Shown here one piece after another: positions 48,274 to 57,291 of a stretch of DNA of 64,000 nucleotides (its first letter is position 1; each line of letters opens with the position of its first letter). Below the pieces are notes generated by a model. The model did not search any database, was not told the DNA's origin, and was given only the letters and a program-made list of their open reading frames with translations. Made by a program: the position numbers and the translations under genes. The stretch comes from Bdellovibrionota bacterium (GTDB taxonomy: Bacteria > Bdellovibrionota_G > JALEGL01 > DATDPG01), in the NCBI GenBank assembly GCA_963668355.1, contig OY764265.1, positions 160,001 to 224,000 on the forward strand, in the 5' to 3' direction.

Positions 48274-48286
48274 CATTTTTTCATTC

Positions 48287-49705
48287 ATGAGAAGGATCAA
48301 ATATGTTCTGGTTTCTTTTTTCGCGGTCTATCTGACCGCCTGCAGCAGTGCATCCATCCAGGACGTTCAGATCACGTTCCCGACAGGAGACAACACAGAT
48401 CTCTCGGCTCTCTTGGGAGTATTTCGAGAACAAGACTCCACAGGTCTCGAAGTCCTATACTTAAGCGAGTTCATGCCCCTGGACAATATTCAAGTCTCGG
48501 AAGATCTCGCTCATGCGAACAACCTCCAATTGGTTCTCTTAACCTTTGCGGAAGATTACATCGGATACACCCCGGCCTATCTGGAGGAATCAGAAGAATC
48601 CGAGTCCTATGCTCAGATCCTGCCAAACCATATTTTTCATTCCACTCTTCCCGAATCTACGTCGCTCGAGGCTCTATCTTCCAGCGATCCTGAGGCGACT
48701 CAGGTTTTGAACTTTGCCAATCGCATATTTATCGACACGACTTCCAACACAACCCCAAACCATCCACCAACCGTTTCGCTTACAGCCGATCAGCTAAAGG
48801 GGACCCTTCCTCTTTTGGTTTCTTTTTCTTGCGATGCAGAAGACCCTGACGGCGATCCCCTCACCTACCGTTTCGATTTTGGAGAGGGAGATCCCATGGC
48901 CAACGCTTCCCCGAACGAAACACATATTTTCAATTCGAACGGAAGTTATACAGTTTCCTGCACGGTGAGTGATGGCGAAGAGGAAGTCACAAGCACGGTA
49001 ACGATTCTTTCCCAAGTCGGCCTCTTAGCCCAATACCTTGTGGACGGAGACTTGAACGACGAAACAGGACATGGATTTGACGGTGAATACTTTGGAGAAA
49101 TTTTCATTCCAGATCTGGAAGGAAGAGCTGCCGTTTTCTTTGATGGTTCCGACGATTACATCGAGTTACCAGAAAACCTCGACGATGGGATCGTTGATTT
49201 TACATTTGCGGCCTGGGTGTGGTGGCTTGGCCCTGTCGACGAGCAATATGAACGCATTTTTGATTTCAGTGACTACTCCAACACAGGAGATGCCAACGAC
49301 GATGACATTCCCGATGGCAGCACTGCTACACAAGGTCGGTATATGTACCTCACGCCAGATTCCCGCTCGGGTTTGGCCTTTTCCATGTCTACCGAAGGAT
49401 ATTCGAGTCCCGACTCCGTGGTGTTGACCGGCGGGAACGAAGCCGCCCCCACGCCCTTGGAAACCGGTCAATGGGTCCATGTCGCGGTTACATTAGATGG
49501 AGATACCGGTTCGTTATATCGGAATGGAGTCCTCGAAGCGACGGGGGAAATTCTACTTAATCCAAACGATTTGAATACCACCGACAACTGGCTAGGAAGA
49601 AGCAGCTTCAACTCGGACCCATACTTTAATGGCGTATTTGGAGAAGTTCGAATTTATGACCGAGCACTCTCAAGCTCTGAAATTGAAACACTAGCGAACG
49701 ACTAA
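48287..49705 (+). CDS. Lipoprotein with PKD and LamG-like jellyroll domains
   Basis: Lipobox LTAC, NHPP..DPDGDPLTYRFDFGEG..GSYTVSCTVSDG (PKD), FDGSDDYI..WVHVAVT..EVRIYDRALS (LamG); ATG 48287. Confidence 0.8.
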   Translation: MRRIKYVLVSFFAVYLTACSSASIQDVQITFPTGDNTDLSALLGVFREQDSTGLEVLYLSEFMPLDNIQVSEDLAHANNLQLVLLTFAEDYIGYTPAYLEESEESESYAQILPNHIFHSTLPESTSLEALSSSDPEATQVLNFANRIFIDTTSNTTPNHPPTVSLTADQLKGTLPLLVSFSCDAEDPDGDPLTYRFDFGEGDPMANASPNETHIFNSNGSYTVSCTVSDGEEEVTSTVTILSQVGLLAQYLVDGDLNDETGHGFDGEYFGEIFIPDLEGRAAVFFDGSDDYIELPENLDDGIVDFTFAAWVWWLGPVDEQYERIFDFSDYSNTGDANDDDIPDGSTATQGRYMYLTPDSRSGLAFSMSTEGYSSPDSVVLTGGNEAAPTPLETGQWVHVAVTLDGDTGSLYRNGVLEATGEILLNPNDLNTTDNWLGRSSFNSDPYFNGVFGEVRIYDRALSSSEIETLAND

Positions 49706-49826
49706 AACCTTTCTTCATTTGTTTTCAATGAATTCATGCATGCAATGATAGAAAGCGTCATCGTTTTGTCCCGAACACGATCTACCCTAGTGTAAAAAAA
49801 AACAAAATCGAATACCATGGATAAAC

Positions 49827-50243
49827 ATGGCAATCTGGAGTGATCAAATTCGAATCCTTCCCCCTCGCAAGGGACTGCACGAGATCACCAATGAAATTGC
49901 AAAAGCCATTCAGATGGCCAGCATTCAAGATGGTCTCTGTCATGTGTTTATCCAACATACTTCGGCTAGCCTTGCTTTAATGGAAAATGCAGACCCCTCT
50001 GCCCAACGAGACCTCGAAAGCTATATGGATCACATCGCACCTCCGAACATGTCTTTCTTTACACACACATTGGAAGGAGATGATGACATGCCCAGTCACA
50101 TCAAGACCGTGTTGAGTTCAGTTTCGATCTCGTTACCCATCTCTGGAGGAAGATTGGCTTTGGGAACTTGGCAAGGCCTATTTCTATGGGAACATCGAGA
50201 ACAGCCTCAAAATCGACGCATTCACATCACTTTGATCAGCTAA
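49827..50243 (+). CDS. yjbQ: YjbQ family (secondary thiamine-phosphate synthase) protein
   Basis: HTSASL..ENADP, DDMPSHIK, LGTWQGLFLWEHR. Confidence 0.92.
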   Translation: MAIWSDQIRILPPRKGLHEITNEIAKAIQMASIQDGLCHVFIQHTSASLALMENADPSAQRDLESYMDHIAPPNMSFFTHTLEGDDDMPSHIKTVLSSVSISLPISGGRLALGTWQGLFLWEHREQPQNRRIHITLIS

Positions 50244-50247
50244 ACAA

Positions 50248-52020
50248 CTAAGCTCGGGACTTGGCAGGAATCTTCACTGTAAACGTGGTTCCTTGACCTT
50301 CCACACTTTCTAGGTGAATGGTGCCATTCAATTGGGAGATTCGATGCTTCACAATGGCCAAACCGAGGCCTGTTCCGCCTTGTTCGATCGACCTGGCTTT
50401 ATCCACTCGATAGAAGCGTTCAAAAATCCTGGACTGCTGTTCCTCGGGAATTCCTATCCCCGTATCCGTAACCCTCAATAGCAGATGCCCCTCTTCGCGG
50501 GCCAAGCGAACACTCACACGTCCGCGCGAATCCGTATACTTAATGGCATTACTGACCAAGTTATCGACAATTTCTGAGAAGGCTACGGACTCTCCATAAA
50601 TAAAGATGGACTCCTTTGGAAAATCTCCAGAAAGTTCAATTTGCTTCCAATTTGCGGGTTCTTGATGTTGATCCAACACATCCGCCACAATATGATTGCA
50701 ATTAATGGTTTCGTCATCACGGTGAAACTCTTTCGATTCGATTCGAGCTAACTTCATTAAATCACCGGTTAAAGCCGTTAAGCGATTTACATTCTGCAAA
50801 ATTTTCTTTAGGAACCGCTCCTTCTTCTCAGGATCCAGGCCTTCACCATCTGCCAAGGTCTCAGCATATCCCTTGATTGCTGTAAGCGGCGTTCGAAGTT
50901 CATGCGAAGCATTTTCAACAAAATCTTTCCGAATTTGCTCCAGTTTCCGACGCTGAGTCACATCATGGAGAACAATCACTACGCCCTCCTCTCCTTCAGT
51001 ACCAAAGGTACGTACATGAGCGATCATCCGAATGATTTCTTCCGAACGATTGAATGAAAACTCTTCATGCACGCTTCTCGCCATCTGGCGAGCTTTCGCA
51101 ATGTAGTCAAAAATTTCGGGACATGTGACGATCTCATCCAGCTTACGTGTTTCCGGTTCCTGGAGCTTGAAACCCAAAAGATTGCATGCAGCCGGGTTGC
51201 AAAAGAGAATTTGGTTTTCTCGATTGACCGCAATGACGCCTTCCGTCATTGCTTTGACCATAGCATTGAGTTTGGCCTTCTCATGTTCAGCCTCTGCTAC
51301 TTGTTCCCGGAGAATTTTCCCCGTTTTATGAATCGCACGAGAAAGTTTTCCTAAAATATCCGAGCGATCCAGGTGCAGGTTTTTTGGAACCCTTCCCTTG
51401 GGCAAGGCCTTGGCTCCCCAAGTAATCGACTCGATCGGTTTCGCAATATGTCGGCTCAGCCATATCGCAATCCCCAAAGACACCAAAACCGAGATGAGAA
51501 GTGTGAAAATTAATATTCGCTGAATGACAGCGACCTGCTCTTTCACTCTGGCCGTGTTAACGGATAGACGTAGAATGCCTTTCGGTCCCTGTTCATCGGA
51601 AAGCAACTTGGCGAAGTAAAACATCTCCTGCTTTACACTTTGGCTAAACCTTCGAGAACGACCGGTGCCTGTTTTCAACGCCGCCTGAATCTCGGGTCGA
51701 CTTAAGTGATTGTCCATGCCCTTTGGGCTTCGATCAGAATCTGCAAGAACAACTCCATTTTTCGCAATCAATGAAATTCTTGTATCGCTGGCCTTTCCGG
51801 CATGAAAAACGTCAGCCTGAAGAAGGTCATGGTCTTTTGTGCGAAAACTTTGGATGTACTTCGGAGAGAAAAGTTCAACCTTTTCTTTGAGCAATCGATG
51901 AACATTTTCGATCAACGTAGTTTCATATCGATGTTGAAAAATACTCCCCAACACCAACACCATCCCAACAACGGGTACGGTGATCGAAAAAAGAATCGTC
52001 TTTGAAAGGCCTCGAAACAA
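50248..52020 (-). CDS. PhoR-like sensor histidine kinase (sensor, HAMP, PAS, HisKA, HATPase)
   Basis: NASHELRTPLT, NLVSNAIKY, DTGIGI, FYRVDKARS, GTGLGL. Confidence 0.9.
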   Translation of the reverse strand: MFRGLSKTILFSITVPVVGMVLVLGSIFQHRYETTLIENVHRLLKEKVELFSPKYIQSFRTKDHDLLQADVFHAGKASDTRISLIAKNGVVLADSDRSPKGMDNHLSRPEIQAALKTGTGRSRRFSQSVKQEMFYFAKLLSDEQGPKGILRLSVNTARVKEQVAVIQRILIFTLLISVLVSLGIAIWLSRHIAKPIESITWGAKALPKGRVPKNLHLDRSDILGKLSRAIHKTGKILREQVAEAEHEKAKLNAMVKAMTEGVIAVNRENQILFCNPAACNLLGFKLQEPETRKLDEIVTCPEIFDYIAKARQMARSVHEEFSFNRSEEIIRMIAHVRTFGTEGEEGVVIVLHDVTQRRKLEQIRKDFVENASHELRTPLTAIKGYAETLADGEGLDPEKKERFLKKILQNVNRLTALTGDLMKLARIESKEFHRDDETINCNHIVADVLDQHQEPANWKQIELSGDFPKESIFIYGESVAFSEIVDNLVSNAIKYTDSRGRVSVRLAREEGHLLLRVTDTGIGIPEEQQSRIFERFYRVDKARSIEQGGTGLGLAIVKHRISQLNGTIHLESVEGQGTTFTVKIPAKSRA

Positions 52021-52022
52021 CC

Positions 52023-52700
52023 CTATTCCTGAAAACGATATCCCACACCACGAATGGTCAGGATGCGAGAGCCCACATCTTTCAGCTTCCTGCGAAGAGA
52101 GGAGATGTGAACATCAATATTTCGATCCACGATCGTAATTTCTTCCCCACGCACCCGATCAATCAACTGATCTCGCGTAAAAATGCGGCCTTCGCCTTCA
52201 ATCAATACCTGCAACAGTCGAAACTCAGTAAGGGTAAGTCGGAGTTCTTCGCCGTGAAGCTTAACCAGGTGTTTGCCAAGATCCACTTCCAAATCGGATA
52301 TTTTCAATTGTTCTGTAGGGGTCGGAACCTTTCCCCCTACACGTCTCAACACCGCTTTCAAACGAGCAACCAATTCTTTTGGACTAAACGGCTTGGTCAC
52401 ATAGTCATCCGCTCCCAATTCAAGGCCTCGGATGATGTCTTTCTCTTCCCCCTTTGCCGTCAACATGATGATGGGCACTTTCTTGGTTTTTTCAGAGTTC
52501 CTCAAGCGTTTACACACTTCGAGACCATCCAGGGCCGGAAGCATCAAATCCAGAAGAATCAACTCGGGGGGATGATCCAAAGCCTTTTTCAACCCCGTTT
52601 CGCCGTCCATGGCGACGTCTAGCTTAAAGCCCTCTTGTTCCAGATTGTATTCCACTATCTCAACAATATCGGCGTGGTCCTCAATGATCAGAATGCTCAC
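52023..52700 (-). CDS. PhoB/PhoP-like OmpR family response regulator
   Basis: LLDLMLP, LTAK, GADDYVTKPF, RNIDVHI..LRRKL, RGVGY. Confidence 0.92.
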   Translation of the reverse strand: MSILIIEDHADIVEIVEYNLEQEGFKLDVAMDGETGLKKALDHPPELILLDLMLPALDGLEVCKRLRNSEKTKKVPIIMLTAKGEEKDIIRGLELGADDYVTKPFSPKELVARLKAVLRRVGGKVPTPTEQLKISDLEVDLGKHLVKLHGEELRLTLTEFRLLQVLIEGEGRIFTRDQLIDRVRGEEITIVDRNIDVHISSLRRKLKDVGSRILTIRGVGYRFQE

Positions 52701-52920
52701 GAAACCTGACTCCTTCCTTAAAAAACCCCAATATCCAGAAGAACCATAAAGAGTAAATAAAGAATATATGTTTTTCGGGAGCAGCCTAACAATTTGTTTT
52801 TATTTGTTTTTTTTAAACCTCAAAGGCTCCATTTTCGTTCGCATCTGAAATTTGAGAACCAATCCGGCAATTTACAGGAATCTTCAAATAGGTTAGTCCT
52901 GTTCGGTTCAGAGAAAACAC

Positions 52921-53805
52921 ATGAGAAACTTTATTATTTTTGCACTTTTGCTCCTTTTCACGCAGCTTTTTTCGACGAATTTGGAGGCTACCCCCTTAAA
53001 AAAACCCATGGATGTAGCTGTGAGCCTTCCTCCTCTCTCCGGACTCGTCCAAGAGCTGGGAAATGACCGAGTTTTGGTCTGGACGCTTCTACCTGCGGGA
53101 CAAACTCCCCACACATATTCTCCAACGCCCAAACAAATCGAAAAGGTTTTGCGCTCCGATGTTTTTTTCACACTGGGAATGCCTTTTGAGAAAGAGCTCA
53201 TCGAAAAAATTTCGGCATCTCAAAAAGGACCCAAAATCATCAACTTGGATCAAGAACCCCAACATCGAAACATGGAAAAAGAAGAACCTCACTCGAAATC
53301 ACACGACCATGGAGAAGATCCACACACTTGGGTTTCTTTAAAAAACATATCCTCCTACGCTAAGACCATTTCAGAAACCTTAAGGCAAGAACAACCCGAA
53401 CGTGCCCCCCAAATCCAGGAGGCTGAAAAGCAACTTTTGCACAGAATTCAAGATCTCGATACAACGTTTCGCAACCATTTCGCCAAATCCCAAAACAAAT
53501 CCATCTATGTTTATCACCCAGCCTTTGGTCATTTCTTAGAACCGTATGGAATCTCTCAAAAAACCATTGAACAACATGGGAAAAAACCCACACCAAGAAT
53601 GTTGCGAAACTTGATCCAGAAAGCCCGCAGAGATCAAGTTGGATTCATATTCGCCCAACCGCAAATCGATCAACGTGTGGCCCGTTCGGTCGCAGAGGCC
53701 GTCGGCGCAAAAGTCGTCACAATCGATCCCCTATCTCCAAACATTCTTCGAGAATTGGAGAAATTGGGACGTGAGGTAAAAACTGCTCTGGACGGGCAGA
53801 AATGA
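52921..53805 (+). CDS. znuA: Zn/Mn ABC transporter substrate-binding protein
   Basis: TPHTYSP, His-rich loop HSKSHDHGEDPHTW, YHPAF, IDPL. Confidence 0.88.
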   Translation: MRNFIIFALLLLFTQLFSTNLEATPLKKPMDVAVSLPPLSGLVQELGNDRVLVWTLLPAGQTPHTYSPTPKQIEKVLRSDVFFTLGMPFEKELIEKISASQKGPKIINLDQEPQHRNMEKEEPHSKSHDHGEDPHTWVSLKNISSYAKTISETLRQEQPERAPQIQEAEKQLLHRIQDLDTTFRNHFAKSQNKSIYVYHPAFGHFLEPYGISQKTIEQHGKKPTPRMLRNLIQKARRDQVGFIFAQPQIDQRVARSVAEAVGAKVVTIDPLSPNILRELEKLGREVKTALDGQK

Positions 53806-54563
53806 CCGACTCCAACATCATCTCTACATTTGAGAATGTTTCTTTTCGCTTTGGCTCCGCTCCCATTTTGACCGATGTCAATTTGACGATCCAGAAGGGA
53901 GATTTTGCGAGCCTCGTGGGTCCAAATGGCGGAGGAAAGACGACTCTCATAAAGCTATTACTTGGACTTCACAAACCGGAAAAAGGAAGGATCACGCTTT
54001 TTGGAAATCCTCCGGAAAAGGGGAGAAAATGGGTCGGCTATATGCCTCAACATTTGCAGAGCGACCCTCAATTCCCCGTCATGGTTTCCGATGTCGTTAT
54101 GATGGGTAGACTGAGCCTAAGCTTACGTAATCGACAGTCCCAAAAAGACAAGGAACTCGCTCGGCAAGCTTTGGCCGAAGTCGGGATGGAAAAGGATGCC
54201 CAGAAACGCTTTGCAGATCTATCTGGGGGCCAACGCCAACGTGCCCTCATTGCCCGAGCGCTATGTGTGGAACCGAAACTCCTTGTTTTAGACGAACCTA
54301 CCTCTAATATCGACCCACGAGCCGAAGAGCAGTTGTTCGAAATTCTGCACCGATTGAATCAACGCATGACGATTCTGATCGTTTCCCATGACATCGGTTT
54401 CATTTCAAAACAAGTCCGTAGCGTCATTTGCGTAAACCAAGATGTCGTCGTTCACCCAACCAGTGACATCGATGGAGCACTCATAAAGAATCTCTACGGT
54501 TCCGATGTTCGTCTGGTTCGACATGACCATCGATGCGATGAAAGTGGGCACTCTCATGATTGA
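53802..54563 (+). CDS. znuC: Metal ABC transporter ATPase
   Basis: GPNGGGKT, LSGGQRQR, LDEPT, His/Cys tail. Confidence 0.88.
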   Translation: MTDSNIISTFENVSFRFGSAPILTDVNLTIQKGDFASLVGPNGGGKTTLIKLLLGLHKPEKGRITLFGNPPEKGRKWVGYMPQHLQSDPQFPVMVSDVVMMGRLSLSLRNRQSQKDKELARQALAEVGMEKDAQKRFADLSGGQRQRALIARALCVEPKLLVLDEPTSNIDPRAEEQLFEILHRLNQRMTILIVSHDIGFISKQVRSVICVNQDVVVHPTSDIDGALIKNLYGSDVRLVRHDHRCDESGHSHD

Positions 54564-55404
54564 GTTTTTCGGCGCGTTAACGGATCCAGATATCCCCTTT
54601 CTTCGATATGCCCTAATCGTCGGTCTTCTTTCGAGTGTGGCCTTTGGAATCGTCGGAACGTATGTCGTCACACGAAGAATCAGCTATTTAGCTGGAGCCA
54701 TTGCTCACTCTGCACTTGGTGGAATCGGCATTGCACTCTTCCTTCAACGTACCCAAGAAATATCTTGGATCACCCCTCAGATCGGCGCTTTAATCGCCGC
54801 CATTTTGACCGCACTTCTGGTGGGATGGATCAATCTAAGAGCAAAAGAAAGGGAAGACACAGCCATTGGTGCTCTCTGGGCCATTGGAATGGCCCTGGGT
54901 TTAATTTTCCTCGCGAAAACTCCAGGCTATGTGGACCCCATGAGTTATCTTTTTGGGAACATTCTATTCATTACTCAAAATGATCTCATCACAATCGCCA
55001 TCTTAGATGGTCTGATTATTTCTTTGGCTTTGTTGTTTTACAGACATTTCATGGCCATATGCTTTGACGAAGAATTTGCCAGGCTAAGAGGTCTTCCCGT
55101 CGAAGCCTTTTACCTTCTTCTGCTGAGCCTCACGGCCTTAACCATCGTGCTCTTGATACAAATCGTTGGAATTGTGATGGTCATTGCCCTGCTCACCTTG
55201 CCTGCTGCAGTTGCCGGAATTCTTTCTCGCACTCTCTGGGGAATGATGATCTGGGCCACTTGCTTTTGTGCCTTTTTTGCAACCACCGGTTTGGGAGTGA
55301 GCTACATTCATGATTTACCCACCGGTCCGACGATCATTATGATTGCTGCTCTCGTGTATGTTTTTCTCATTAGTTTTAGGAAATTCATGCGTGGCCGAGA
55401 CTAG
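54556..55404 (+). CDS. znuB: Metal ABC transporter permease
   Basis: AIAHSALGG, SYLFGNI, FDEEFA; start ATG 54556. Confidence 0.88.
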   Translation: MIEFFGALTDPDIPFLRYALIVGLLSSVAFGIVGTYVVTRRISYLAGAIAHSALGGIGIALFLQRTQEISWITPQIGALIAAILTALLVGWINLRAKEREDTAIGALWAIGMALGLIFLAKTPGYVDPMSYLFGNILFITQNDLITIAILDGLIISLALLFYRHFMAICFDEEFARLRGLPVEAFYLLLLSLTALTIVLLIQIVGIVMVIALLTLPAAVAGILSRTLWGMMIWATCFCAFFATTGLGVSYIHDLPTGPTIIMIAALVYVFLISFRKFMRGRD

Positions 55405-56410
55405 CGCAACAGCCTGCACAACGTGCTCATCAAAAATGTCTTCCGTTTCCTTCTGGACTCACTCATTATTCCTCGCGTCGGTTGGCCTATTCTGGCTTCT
55501 CTCTCAAATCTATCGCCCTGAAATTTTCGAAACAACGGCCATCATCTTCGTCGCAATTTTTTTAGAAGCCCTCCCCTTTGTCATGTTGGGCGCGATCTTA
55601 GGAGGACTCATTGAAGTATTCATGGATCGTGAACGAATGCTGAAATGGCTCCCACGAAAACGTTTTCTAACTCCATTCGTCGCAGGCCTTTTGGGGATCG
55701 TTGTTCCTGTCTGTGAATGTGGTGTGATCGTCGTGGTCCGTCGCCTCCTCAAGAAAGGGCTCCCACCGGGAGCGGCCATTGCATATCTTCTTGCCGGTCC
55801 GATTCTAAACGTCGTTGTAGGGACTTCAACGGCGGTTGCGTATTCCATGAGCTGGAAAGTGGTCGCTCTTCGCATGGTGTTTGGATATGCCGTTGCTGTT
55901 CTCGTAGCTCTAGTCATGGAAGCCTTAATGGGGAAAAAAGGATTTCTACTTCCCTCGGTTCAGACCATCGAATCTCACTCAGAAGAAGGTCCTTCGGCTT
56001 TTGGGAAAAAAGTCTGGCTTTCCCTGCGATACGGTTCACAAGATTTTTTGGACATCAGTCGATTCCTCGTCATCGGTGCTTTTTTCGCCTCGCTTTTTCA
56101 GGCGCTAATTTCAAAAGAAACCTTTCTTTCTTCAGCACTGGGCTCGCCAGCCTTTTCCATTGGAATCATGATGCTCCTTGCCTTTTTACTGAATCTTTGC
56201 AGCGAAGCAGATGCTTTCGTCGCCGCCTCTTTTCAGAGCTTGGGCATGTCTCTTTCGGCGCAAATGGCTTTTATGATCATGGGGCCCATGATGGACGTGA
56301 AACTTCTATCCATGTACTTCGGAGTTTTCCGAAAGAGAGTCGTCTTTTGGATGACCCTCCTCATTTCACTCTTCATTTTCCTCGGGATGCTGCTCCTGGA
56401 GGTTCTTTAA
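55391..56410 (+). CDS. Predicted permease (DUF318/YcgR-like)
   Basis: FLEALPF, PVCECG, LLAGPILN, LCSEADAF, GPMMDVK; start uncertain (GTG 55391 or ATG 55436). Confidence 0.82.
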   Translation: MAETSATACTTCSSKMSSVSFWTHSLFLASVGLFWLLSQIYRPEIFETTAIIFVAIFLEALPFVMLGAILGGLIEVFMDRERMLKWLPRKRFLTPFVAGLLGIVVPVCECGVIVVVRRLLKKGLPPGAAIAYLLAGPILNVVVGTSTAVAYSMSWKVVALRMVFGYAVAVLVALVMEALMGKKGFLLPSVQTIESHSEEGPSAFGKKVWLSLRYGSQDFLDISRFLVIGAFFASLFQALISKETFLSSALGSPAFSIGIMMLLAFLLNLCSEADAFVAASFQSLGMSLSAQMAFMIMGPMMDVKLLSMYFGVFRKRVVFWMTLLISLFIFLGMLLLEVL

Positions 56411-56413
56411 CCC

Positions 56414-57154
56414 ATGTTCACTTCATTGATGAGCGTTCTTCTCATTCCTTTCCGGCGGCCGGTCGTGATCGTCTTCGCGTGCTGGACATGGGCTCTTTTC
56501 TGGCTTCTCGATGGAAAGCGATTTTCCCTATTTCTTTTACCCGACCTATTTCCTCTTATTCTAATTTCGGCATTTCTCATGTTGCTCTTTTTTTGTTTGA
56601 GCCTAACCAAGGAAATGTCCTCAAGACCCTCTTCCCGCGAACTCTTTTCTTCTTGGATTCTGCTTCTCCCTCTTCTATTTCTCGTTCCTGTAAAAGACAA
56701 AACCCTGGGGATCTACGCTTACACAAAGAAAAGCTTTACAAACCTCGGTTCCGTTCAAAGGCAAAAACAAACAAGGAATACACCAAACACCGTCAAACCA
56801 AAAAAAGAGCCAACCTTAATGGAACTCACCGAAAACTGGCCCGCATACATAGGACACGAAATCACGACGCTCGGGCAATTGTCTTTCGAGCAGAAGGAAA
56901 TTAAAAATTTTGGATTCCTCTTTCGCTTCGCCGTCGCCTGCTGTACCGCAGACGCAATTCCTCTCGGGATTCTAATAGAAACTCAAGACAAAACCGAAAT
57001 GGCTTCGGGCTCTCCTTGGGTGAGGGTCACAGGCACTTTAGCCATTCGAAACATTGCGGGGAATGACCGACTTGTCTTGCAAAACACCTCTTTGGAACGA
57101 AAAAGCGCCCCGCCCCCCCAAGAACGCTACCTTTATATAAGCCCGGACTTATAA
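56414..57154 (+). CDS. TIGR03943/YcgQ-like membrane protein
   Basis: RFAVACCTADA, WVRVTG; usual partner of the DUF318 permease. Confidence 0.75.
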   Translation: MFTSLMSVLLIPFRRPVVIVFACWTWALFWLLDGKRFSLFLLPDLFPLILISAFLMLLFFCLSLTKEMSSRPSSRELFSSWILLLPLLFLVPVKDKTLGIYAYTKKSFTNLGSVQRQKQTRNTPNTVKPKKEPTLMELTENWPAYIGHEITTLGQLSFEQKEIKNFGFLFRFAVACCTADAIPLGILIETQDKTEMASGSPWVRVTGTLAIRNIAGNDRLVLQNTSLERKSAPPPQERYLYISPDL

Positions 57155-57261
57155 GTTTGCGTAAGCTTGCTCGAATGAGCAAAAATTCGCCGATGAGTCA
57201 AAACGGCTTAAATTAAGCATTTGTTTTTAAATAGTTTTTCTCGCTGTTTCCGAAAGATCCC

Positions 57262-57277
57262 TGGTCTCGTCTTTGCA
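57262..57277 (+). promoter_or_regulatory. sigma54-type -24/-12 promoter
   Basis: TGGTCTCGTCTTTGCA; predicted +1 about 57288, ATG at 57292. Confidence 0.55.
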
Positions 57278-57291
57278 TGACCGAGTGTCTG

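Noticed and set aside
52848..52873. Possible Fur/Zur box upstream of znuA
   Set aside because: Only the AT-rich ends are symmetric; the core is not palindromic
55717..56904. 395-aa alternative-frame ORF
   Set aside because: It overlaps two well-supported genes on the same strand and has Arg/Ser-rich, motif-free composition typical of a shadow frame
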